Assembly: GCA_000008085.1 (NCBI GenBank)
Contig: AE017199.1
Location: 450,001 to 482,000, forward strand
Reading direction: 5' to 3'
Length of the DNA stretch: 32,000 nucleotides
DNA from: Nanoarchaeum equitans Kin4-M
Lineage (GTDB): Archaea > Nanobdellota > Nanobdellia > Nanobdellales > Nanoarchaeaceae
Part shown: one piece after another, positions 24,206 through 31,776 of the stretch
Layout of the letters: each line of letters begins with the position of its first letter
How positions within the stretch are numbered: the stretch's first letter is position 1
Notes under the pieces: model-generated
What the model saw: only the letters and a program-made list of their open reading frames with translations
Told to the model about the DNA's origin: nothing
Databases searched by the model: none
Position numbers and translations under genes: made by a program

Positions 24206-25200
24206 CAAAATATATAGAATACAAGGGGTTTAAAATTAAAGAGCGCTTTGTAAAGCATTATGAAAAAATTGTTGATGATATAGATTTGTTCTTAGATTGG
24301 AGTTTAAGACCATTAAAAAAAGCTATTAGGGTTAACACATTGAAATTAAAAGATGATATAGGTAATTTAAACAAAGAAAACCCATTTCCAAAACTAATAA
24401 GCGCCAAAGAGATACTAAAATCTTTAGAAGAAGAAGGGTGGGAGATAGAACCAATTCCTTTCTATAAATATGGTTTTTGGGTTAGACATGAAAGCGAATC
24501 CATTGGAAATACATGGCAATTCCAAATGGGCTATATATATTCCCAAGAAGCAGCATCGATGATACCACCCTTGGCTTTAGATTTGGAAGAAAACCTATTA
24601 ATATTAGATATGGCCGCTGCTCCTGGCTCTAAAACAACACAAATAGCAATGCATACTCAAAATAATTCCTATATAATAGCTAACGACATTTCTTTAGATA
24701 GAATCTCTGCTTTGGCAGAAAATGTTCAAAGAACAGGCTCTTTAGTTACTATTACAATGCAAGATGGCAGGAATTTTAAAAAATATAAAAATACTTTTGA
24801 TAGAATATTATTAGATGCGCCTTGCTCCGGGGTAGGAGCATTAAGAAAATCGTACAAAACCTTACAAATGTGGAATCCTAATATGATAGAGAGACTATCT
24901 AAATTGCAAAGACAACTAATCCAAGCAGCATTCGAAGCTTTAAAACCAAATGGTATTTTAGTTTATTCCACATGCACATTAGAGCCTTTGGAAAATGAAT
25001 TTGTTGTAAATTGGCTATTAGAAAGGTACGAAAATGCCAAAATAGAACCAATAAGAATAGAAAACCTAAAATCGAGCGAACCAATATTAGAATGGGAGAA
25101 CTATAAATTTTTCGATGATATTAAATATACATTAAGAATTTACCCTTGGGACAATGATACAGAAGGCTTTTATATTGCGAAAATAAGAAAATTGGAATGA
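24202..25200 (+). CDS. NOL1/NOP2/Sun-family RNA cytosine-C5 methyltransferase
   Basis: 332 aa. Contains LDMAAAPGSKTTQIA, LLDAPCSGVGALRK and YSTCTLEPLENE (the two catalytic Cys motifs). The GTG start overlaps the aspS stop (GTGA). Confidence 0.85.
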   Translation: MTKYIEYKGFKIKERFVKHYEKIVDDIDLFLDWSLRPLKKAIRVNTLKLKDDIGNLNKENPFPKLISAKEILKSLEEEGWEIEPIPFYKYGFWVRHESESIGNTWQFQMGYIYSQEAASMIPPLALDLEENLLILDMAAAPGSKTTQIAMHTQNNSYIIANDISLDRISALAENVQRTGSLVTITMQDGRNFKKYKNTFDRILLDAPCSGVGALRKSYKTLQMWNPNMIERLSKLQRQLIQAAFEALKPNGILVYSTCTLEPLENEFVVNWLLERYENAKIEPIRIENLKSSEPILEWENYKFFDDIKYTLRIYPWDNDTEGFYIAKIRKLE

Positions 25201-26060
25201 TCCTATACAATGATGTTTTCCTAAAACATGATTGTCCCCATATAGAAAACAAAAATAGGGTTTTGGCCATTAAAAAAGCTTTAATTGATTTGGGTATAAA
25301 ATATTATTCTCCCCAAATTGAAGAAGACCCTATAAAATATATAGAAAAGGCCCATGATAAACAATACATCGAAATGATAAAATCTCTAATTGATATGGCA
25401 AAAGAGATGGGTTGTATTTATATAGATGGTGATACTTATCTATCTAAAGATAGCTGGGATCCTATTTTGTATGCTGTATATTATTCGGTTTATGCAGTAA
25501 ATAATGATTTTTTATTTGCTGTAGTAAGACCGCCAGGGCACCATGCGGGTAAATATGGTAAAGCTAATGCAATTAGCCAAGGTTTTTGCATTTTTAACAA
25601 TGCAGCAATTGCAGCTTTAAACTATAAAGGAAGGGTAGCAATAGTAGATATAGATTTACATCATGGCAATGGTACAGAAGATATAGTTAAGCATAACAAA
25701 AACATTAGATATTACAGCATTTACGCTAAAGACATATACCCATTACCCGATAATAAAAGTTATGACAACATATATAAATATCCATTACCCATAGATGCCA
25801 CAAACGAGGATTGGATTTCTAGTTTTGATTTGTTATTGGCTAACCTAATAGAATGGGACCCCGATAAAGTAATTGTAAGCCTCGGCTTCGATGCGCATAA
25901 AGACGATCCATTGTCGGTATTTAGAACAGATTATACCATATATAAATACGCTTTCCAAAAATTGGCTCAATTTAATCCTACATATATATTAGAAGGGGGT
26001 TATAACTACGATGTTTTATATAATGGTACAAAATTACTAATAAAATTTAGTCGCTCCTAG
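25197..26060 (+). CDS. Zn-dependent deacetylase of the histone deacetylase/acetylpolyamine amidohydrolase family
   Basis: 287 aa. VRPPGHHAG, DIDLHHGNGTEDI, GFDAHKDDPLS and LEGGYNYD show the metal ligands and catalytic Tyr are present. Confidence 0.85.
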   Translation: MILYNDVFLKHDCPHIENKNRVLAIKKALIDLGIKYYSPQIEEDPIKYIEKAHDKQYIEMIKSLIDMAKEMGCIYIDGDTYLSKDSWDPILYAVYYSVYAVNNDFLFAVVRPPGHHAGKYGKANAISQGFCIFNNAAIAALNYKGRVAIVDIDLHHGNGTEDIVKHNKNIRYYSIYAKDIYPLPDNKSYDNIYKYPLPIDATNEDWISSFDLLLANLIEWDPDKVIVSLGFDAHKDDPLSVFRTDYTIYKYAFQKLAQFNPTYILEGGYNYDVLYNGTKLLIKFSRS

Positions 26061-26811
26061 GCGCCAATATGAATATTAATGTCATTTTATCCAAATATCT
26101 ATACTCTAGCCATAATGGATAGTCTGTTTTTAGCTTTAATATCGCTATATCGCTTACATCTGCTGCTTTTGCGAATTTTTTGAGATAATCTATAGAATAG
26201 CTCGCATACGCTTCCTCTTGTATGTCTATTGATACTACTGCATCTTCTCCCTCTGTTAACTCTACAGTCATCTCCTTCATTTCACCTTCTGCTTTGATTA
26301 TTAACTTAGATGGGGGTTCTGCTTTGAATTTTAGTGAATCAGCTATCGCTGAGGCATCATCTATAATTTCTTTTATAGCTTTAGAATCAAGCTCTACCAC
26401 ATTATTGTATTCTAATGAAGGTATTGGTGTTTCGGTTTCTTCTCCCTCTAATAATGGAATAGAAAAAGTCTTTTTTATTGTACCTCTTGCCAAAATTTTT
26501 AGCTTGTTTTTCTCTCTATCTGTTTCCCAAACAACCATCTCTCTTTGTTTTAATTTTTTAACTATAGTTTTCAAATCATCCATACTTACAGTTATAATCT
26601 CTTTGTCTCCCTCTATAGTATAATCGATAAACGCCTCGGGTTTCATTTCCCATATAACCATAGCTATGCTAGCGGGATCCATAGCTACTAATTTAATACC
26701 TTCTTCTGTGGCAACAAATTGGCCTTCGCTAATTAAATCTGCTACAATTGGAACTATTTTCTTTAATGCCTTCGCATCTGGAAAGGTTACTCTCATATTT
26801 AGATTATGCAA
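26047..26811 (-). CDS. pcn: PCNA sliding clamp. The maximal ORF starts at TTG 26811; the probable start is ATG 26796.
   Basis: Contains MRVTFPDAKALKKIVPIVADLISEGQFVATEEGIKLVAMDPASIAMV, and the two-domain repeat pattern continues to ...MTLIFILAPR. Confidence 0.9.
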   Translation of the reverse strand: MHNLNMRVTFPDAKALKKIVPIVADLISEGQFVATEEGIKLVAMDPASIAMVIWEMKPEAFIDYTIEGDKEIITVSMDDLKTIVKKLKQREMVVWETDREKNKLKILARGTIKKTFSIPLLEGEETETPIPSLEYNNVVELDSKAIKEIIDDASAIADSLKFKAEPPSKLIIKAEGEMKEMTVELTEGEDAVVSIDIQEEAYASYSIDYLKKFAKAADVSDIAILKLKTDYPLWLEYRYLDKMTLIFILAPRSD

Positions 26812-26816
26812 TAAAG

Positions 26817-26824
26817 TTTATAAA
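26817..26824. promoter_or_regulatory. Palindromic TATA box TTTATAAA shared by PCNA (minus) and tRNA-Leu (plus)
   Basis: The centre (26820.5) is exactly 24.5 nt from the PCNA ATG (26796) and 24.5 nt from tRNA-Leu +1 (26845). Confidence 0.65.
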
Positions 26825-26844
26825 GGTTTTTTGATAAAGCTTAT

Positions 26845-26928
26845 GCGGCCGTGCCCGAGCGGACAAAGGGGCCAGGTTGAGGTCCTGGTGGGGTAGTCCC
26901 TGCCGGGGTTCGAATCCCCGCGGCCGCA
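26845..26928 (+). tRNA. tRNA-Leu (anticodon GAG), class II; CCA not encoded
   Basis: Manual cloverleaf: acceptor GCGGCCG/CGGCCGC, anticodon stem CCAGG/CCTGG with loop TTGAGGT, long variable arm, T arm CGGGG-TTCGAAT-CCCCG, discriminator A. Confidence 0.92.
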
Positions 26929-27558
26929 CTATTTGTTTTCTAAAAGTTTTTCCAACTCTTTCGCGGCTTTATCTTTTAATGCTAAACCCAAGGCAACTCC
27001 AAAAGCTATAGATAGGGAAACAAAAAACGCTGCTACCGCTATGGTTATTATTTGATATATTAAATCTATTCCTTGTAAGTTTAATTGTTTCAATGCAGAA
27101 ACAATACCTATAAACAATATAACCAAATAACCACCTTCCCCTAACATAGCCAAAGAGGGGCTACCGCTTTCTTGGGCTTTGGTTTTTATATAATAACCAG
27201 CTAAATAGAAAATCAATAAAATTAATGCTGCAGCAATCACATTGCCAACAAAAGATAATAGCATACCTAATACTGGTATCAAAGCTTGTAAATTAAATAC
27301 CCCTGCTGCGGCTGTTAATATATAGAAAAAGGCATACCACCTCGCTGCAATGGCTAATATTTCACTTAATTTATATCTACCTAATGCTTTAGATATTTCC
27401 AATTCTTTCGCTATATCGTCTATTCCTAACGATTCTAAGAATAGTCTTACGGCTTTCTCTATTATGTGTTTAGAAACCAAATATGCAACCACTATAACAG
27501 ACATTGTTACTACAAAACCGATTAAAACTTGTTTTGCAAATTCTAACCATGGGTTCAT
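26929..27558 (-). CDS. Hypothetical integral membrane protein (multi-pass)
   Basis: 209 aa with several long hydrophobic helices separated by short charged linkers. Its stop codon abuts the 3' end of tRNA-Leu with a 0-nt gap. Confidence 0.55.
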   Translation of the reverse strand: MNPWLEFAKQVLIGFVVTMSVIVVAYLVSKHIIEKAVRLFLESLGIDDIAKELEISKALGRYKLSEILAIAARWYAFFYILTAAAGVFNLQALIPVLGMLLSFVGNVIAAALILLIFYLAGYYIKTKAQESGSPSLAMLGEGGYLVILFIGIVSALKQLNLQGIDLIYQIITIAVAAFFVSLSIAFGVALGLALKDKAAKELEKLLENK

Positions 27559-27561
27559 CTT

Positions 27562-28089
27562 TTGCTATCTAATAAATATTTAAAAGATTTTATTTTTAAC
27601 AACCAAATGATATGGATAGTTAAAACTGCTGGAGGAAAAGAAGAAATAGTTGCAGATTTAATAGAGGCAAAAGCTAAAAAGCTGGGTGCGAATGTATATT
27701 CTATAGTTATTGCCCCAGGAATTAAAGGTTATATTTTTGTGGAGGCAGACAAATATGATACTGTAAATGAATTAGTCCACGATATAAAACATGTTAGAAA
27801 AGTTTTGCCTAAACCCATAGAAGTTAAAGACATAGAAAAATTCATAAAAGCAGAGCCATTGGTAACAAAAGTAAATGTTGGCGACATCGTAGAAGTAATA
27901 GCTGGCCCATTGAAGGGCTCTAGAGGGAAGGTAGTAGCATTCAATGAAAATACAGGAGAGGTAACAATAGAAACATTAGATTCGGTAATACCTTTGCCTG
28001 TTACAGTATCTATTCATGATATAAAATTAGTTGAGCCCAGCAAAGAAGAGAAGAAAGAAGAAGTCGAAGAGTTTTTGTTTTTCGAATAG
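27562..28089 (+). CDS. spt5: Transcription elongation factor Spt5 (NusG homologue). Coordinates give the maximal ORF; the probable start is ATG 27607.
   Basis: The NGN domain is MIWIVKTAGGKEEIVADLI...IKGYIFVEA. The KOW motif is VGDIVEVIAGPLKGSRGKVV. The tail is acidic. Confidence 0.85.
   Translation: MLSNKYLKDFIFNNQMIWIVKTAGGKEEIVADLIEAKAKKLGANVYSIVIAPGIKGYIFVEADKYDTVNELVHDIKHVRKVLPKPIEVKDIEKFIKAEPLVTKVNVGDIVEVIAGPLKGSRGKVVAFNENTGEVTIETLDSVIPLPVTVSIHDIKLVEPSKEEKKEEVEEFLFFE
27579..27584. promoter_or_regulatory. TATA box (AAATATTTAAAAG) shared by the membrane ORF and spt5
   Basis: The TTTAAA centre (27581.5) is 23.5 nt from ATG 27558 (minus) and 25.5 nt from ATG 27607 (plus). Confidence 0.55.
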
Positions 28090-28401
28090 TTGCGAAAGAA
28101 ACTTATTAAAATTCTGCAAGATTTATTAGATATATCTGATACTGAATTAGAAATTTATAGTTTTATACTAAACAACTCTAGGGTAACCGTTAAAGATATT
28201 GTAAACAATCTCAAAATAAGCAAAAAAACTGCACATGAAAAACTAAAAAAACTAATTAGTTTAGGATTAATAGATAAAAAAATCGATAAGAAAGGTTATA
28301 TTTACGAAGCGAAGGCTGATAAATATACAATACTATCATTGTTAAAAAAACAATTGGAAAAAATATATAAAGAGTTTGAAGAGGAATTTTCTAAATTGTA
28401 G
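28090..28401 (+). CDS. TrmB/MarR-like winged-helix transcription regulator (TTG start)
   Basis: 103 aa. LDISDTELEIYSFILNNSRVTVKDIVNNLKISKKTAHEKLKKLISLGLIDKK fits the TrmB N-terminal HTH. The TTG directly follows the spt5 TAG, and there is no own TATA box. Confidence 0.55.
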   Translation: MRKKLIKILQDLLDISDTELEIYSFILNNSRVTVKDIVNNLKISKKTAHEKLKKLISLGLIDKKIDKKGYIYEAKADKYTILSLLKKQLEKIYKEFEEEFSKL

Positions 28402-28432
28402 GTCTTTTTAAATATATTCTTTAGGTCGCTCT

Positions 28433-30664
28433 ATGGTTTCCGAAAAAACAATGGCAGAGAGAGTTTTAGCCCTAATGGGTAGGCCAAACAATATAAGAAA
28501 TATCGGTATTATAGCGCATATACATCATGGTAAAACAACACTAACAGACAACCTTTTAGCAGGGGCAGGAATGCTTAGCGAAGAGCTCGCTGGAGATGCA
28601 ATGTTTACTTGGTGGCATGAACAAGAGAGAGAAAGAGAAATGACAATATATGGAGCAGCAGTTTCAATGGTTCACGAATATGAGGGAGATGATTATTTGA
28701 TTAATTTAATTGATACTCCCGGGCATGTCGAATTTGGGGGCGAAGTAACTAGAGCAGTAAGAGCTATAGATGGAGCAGTTGTAGTAGTAGATTTCGTAGA
28801 TGGTATAATGCCCCAAACTGAAACTGTATTAAAACAAGCTTTAAGAGAATATGTTAAACCCGTTTTATTCATAAACAAAGTTGATAGAGCAATAAAAGAA
28901 TTGCAATTACCTCCAAATAAAATAATGGAAAGGTTAGCAGAAATTGTAGTTGGAGTAAACGATTTAATTGAAAGATATGCCCCAGAGGAGTTTAAAGATA
29001 AATGGAAAGTTAGTGTACAAAATGGGACAGTTGCTTTTGGTTCCGCTTTGCATAATTGGGCATTAAGCGTTCCATATATGCAAAAAACAGGTATAGGGTT
29101 TAAACAAATAGCAGAAATTTATAATACTGCAGCCGATGCTAAAGAGATAAGAAGAAGGGTATGGGAAATAGCCCCATTGTATAGAGTAGTATTAGATATG
29201 GTTGTTAGACATTTGCCTTCTCCAAAAGAAGCACAAAAATATAGAGTGCCTAAACTATGGCATGGTGATCTAAATAGCAAATATGGTAAAGCCATGCTAG
29301 AAGCAGATCCAAACGGGCCAGCTGTAGCAGTAGTAACTAAAGTTATTGTCGATAAAACATCTAAACAAGAAACTGCCATAGCGAGGGTTTGGTCTGGCAC
29401 AATAAGGAGAGGTATGGAAGTTTGGCTATTAAATGCTAACAAAAAAGTAAGACTCCAACAAGTTGGTGTATTTAAGGGTATACAAAAAATACAAATAGAA
29501 GAAGCGAAAGCTGGAAACATTATTGCTATTAGTGGAGTAAGAGATTTGCAAAGTGGTGAAACCATTGTAGAACCAGAACCAGATGGGTCTAAACCAAACA
29601 TACCCCCATTCGAAGCAATAAAGCATATATTCGATCCAGTAGTAACTAAAGCTATAGAACCCAAAGATCCAAGAGACTTGCCAAAACTAATAGAAGTATT
29701 GAAACTAATTCAAAAAGAAGATCCCACATTAAAAGTAGAAATAGACCAAGAAAGTGGACAAATACTAATCTCTGGTTTAGGAGACTTACATTTGGAAATA
29801 GTTGAATATAGAATAAAGAACGATTTCAAAGTAGATATAATAACATCTAATCCAATAGTTGTATATAGAGAAAGCGTTAAAGGACAAGCCGGCCCAGTAG
29901 AAGGTAAATCTCCAAACAAATTAAACAAATTCTATATTACTGTTGAGAAGATGCCCGATGAATTATATTGGAAGCTAAGGGAGAAACTATTAAAAGGCGA
30001 ATTGCCAGAAGGTAAAATAAAGAAAATGAACGAAGATATAATAAAACATTTGATGTCTTTAGGTTTTACAAGGGAAGAAGCACAAAGGTGTAAGGTAATC
30101 TATAGAGAAAACATGTTCTTCGATATGACTAGAGGTATAATACATATTGGAGAAGTAATAGATATGGTTATGGACGCTTTTATGCAAGTTATGGACCATG
30201 GTCCAATAGCATGGGAACCATGTATTGGATTAATAGTAAAGCTAACCGATGCACAATTGCATGAGGATGCTATACATAGGGGGCCTGGTCAAGTTATTCC
30301 TGCAGTAAGGGAAGCAATTAAATTAGCCATGAAAGATGCAGGCCTTGTATTATATGAACCAGTACAAGTAATTTTGGTTGATGTGCCCCCAGATTACATT
30401 GGGGATGTCACAGCTTTAATAAACTCTAGGAGAGGGGCAATATTAGATATACAAACCGAAGAAGATAGGGCATTGATTAAAGCTAAAGTCCCAGTTAGAG
30501 AGATGATAGGCTTTACAGATACTCTAAGGTCTGCCACTTCTGGAAGGGGAGTATGGTATCTGGTAGACCAAGTTTATGAACCAGTACCAAGAGAATTATT
30601 CGACCAAATAGTTAGAGAAATAAGACAAAGAAAAGGCTTACCATTAGATGCAGATATAGTCTAA
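28433..30664 (+). CDS. fusA: Translation elongation factor 2 (aEF-2)
   Basis: 743 aa. G1 motif AHIHHGKTTL, DTPGHVEF, NKVDR, and the domain IV diphthamide loop HEDAIHRGPGQ. TTTAAA at 28407-28412 is 23.5 nt upstream of the ATG. Confidence 0.95.
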   Translation: MVSEKTMAERVLALMGRPNNIRNIGIIAHIHHGKTTLTDNLLAGAGMLSEELAGDAMFTWWHEQEREREMTIYGAAVSMVHEYEGDDYLINLIDTPGHVEFGGEVTRAVRAIDGAVVVVDFVDGIMPQTETVLKQALREYVKPVLFINKVDRAIKELQLPPNKIMERLAEIVVGVNDLIERYAPEEFKDKWKVSVQNGTVAFGSALHNWALSVPYMQKTGIGFKQIAEIYNTAADAKEIRRRVWEIAPLYRVVLDMVVRHLPSPKEAQKYRVPKLWHGDLNSKYGKAMLEADPNGPAVAVVTKVIVDKTSKQETAIARVWSGTIRRGMEVWLLNANKKVRLQQVGVFKGIQKIQIEEAKAGNIIAISGVRDLQSGETIVEPEPDGSKPNIPPFEAIKHIFDPVVTKAIEPKDPRDLPKLIEVLKLIQKEDPTLKVEIDQESGQILISGLGDLHLEIVEYRIKNDFKVDIITSNPIVVYRESVKGQAGPVEGKSPNKLNKFYITVEKMPDELYWKLREKLLKGELPEGKIKKMNEDIIKHLMSLGFTREEAQRCKVIYRENMFFDMTRGIIHIGEVIDMVMDAFMQVMDHGPIAWEPCIGLIVKLTDAQLHEDAIHRGPGQVIPAVREAIKLAMKDAGLVLYEPVQVILVDVPPDYIGDVTALINSRRGAILDIQTEEDRALIKAKVPVREMIGFTDTLRSATSGRGVWYLVDQVYEPVPRELFDQIVREIRQRKGLPLDADIV

Positions 30665-31740
30665 GGCAAAAATTCTCCCTTTTCGATTTTTTCGGGCAAA
30701 TATTTGTTCGCTACAAACTCTAAAGAATGCTTAGCCAAAGCATCTTGTTCAGCTTTAATATTTAGTTTTAGCATTTTGTTGAATTGTCTTTGCCATTCCT
30801 TGTTTTTAAACCATGGATATTCCATTAGTTCTTTTACTCTTTTTACATCTATGGGCTTTAATTGTATTGCTACATCTTTCAGATCGTATTTTATTACATC
30901 ATCTATAGTTAAACCGATAAACTTAGCATCTGGTGTTGCCAATTGCTCAGAAAACATTGCTAAATTCATAGAACCTCTTTTGATTACCGAATATATATAG
31001 AACCCCCAGGGGTCGCCATCAGTAAATACATAAACAGGCAACCCTACTTCGTATCTAAGTTTTCTTATTAGCCTTCTCGTCCCTCTCGAAGGTTGTCCCT
31101 TAGTAGCAATCAATAAAGCTCTATTCTTTTCGGGAAACCTTTCCTCGATTAATCTCTCAAACATAGCGTCTTTCTCAACAACTAAAACATAATCTGCATT
31201 TACATCAACTATATCTATTTCTTCTATTGTTGAGGGTATTCCCCAACCCCCAAGGCCTAGCTTAGAGCAATTCCATTCGTCTCCCCTATTTCTGTCTTTC
31301 AATGTTATGTCTCCATATAGATAGCCTTTTCTATCTGCCACTATACCAAATTGTTCTCTTATCGCTCTTAACGCTCTTTCCAAATCTTCGATAACAGAAT
31401 CGCTTTCGCTTTGTTCGTCAAATGTGTTTTCATTAATATAAGGGATTGTGTGTTTCAATTGGTAGTACACTTCTCTTAATGAAGCATGCTTATTAGATTC
31501 AACCAATTCTTTGGCCAACGCCGCAACTAATAAAGTTTGGGTAAACCTCCTTGTTTCTCCAACATCAAAAAACCTTCTTACAGATTGCTTCTCCTTTAAT
31601 TTAATTATATCCTTTTCTTCATCATACTCTACAGTTTTAATATTACCCCTAGTTAAGAATTCTATCCTTGGATCACCATTTTTTAAGAATTCATTATATA
31701 TTTTTTCTCCCAATTGTTTTAGTTTTTGTAGTATATCCAT
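30661..31740 (-). CDS. top6A: DNA topoisomerase VI subunit A (Spo11 homologue)
   Basis: 359 aa. The 5Y-CAP region contains SLREVYY, and the Toprim region contains VLVVEKDAMFERL, TKGQPSRGTRRL and FTDGDPWGFYIY. Confidence 0.9.
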   Translation of the reverse strand: MDILQKLKQLGEKIYNEFLKNGDPRIEFLTRGNIKTVEYDEEKDIIKLKEKQSVRRFFDVGETRRFTQTLLVAALAKELVESNKHASLREVYYQLKHTIPYINENTFDEQSESDSVIEDLERALRAIREQFGIVADRKGYLYGDITLKDRNRGDEWNCSKLGLGGWGIPSTIEEIDIVDVNADYVLVVEKDAMFERLIEERFPEKNRALLIATKGQPSRGTRRLIRKLRYEVGLPVYVFTDGDPWGFYIYSVIKRGSMNLAMFSEQLATPDAKFIGLTIDDVIKYDLKDVAIQLKPIDVKRVKELMEYPWFKNKEWQRQFNKMLKLNIKAEQDALAKHSLEFVANKYLPEKIEKGEFLP

Positions 31741-31776
31741 TTTAAGTTTAATAAATACTATTTAAATAATATATAA

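Noticed and set aside
26222-26623. 133-aa plus-strand ORF inside the PCNA gene
   Set aside because: It is antisense to PCNA, and the translation is Ser-rich low-complexity sequence.
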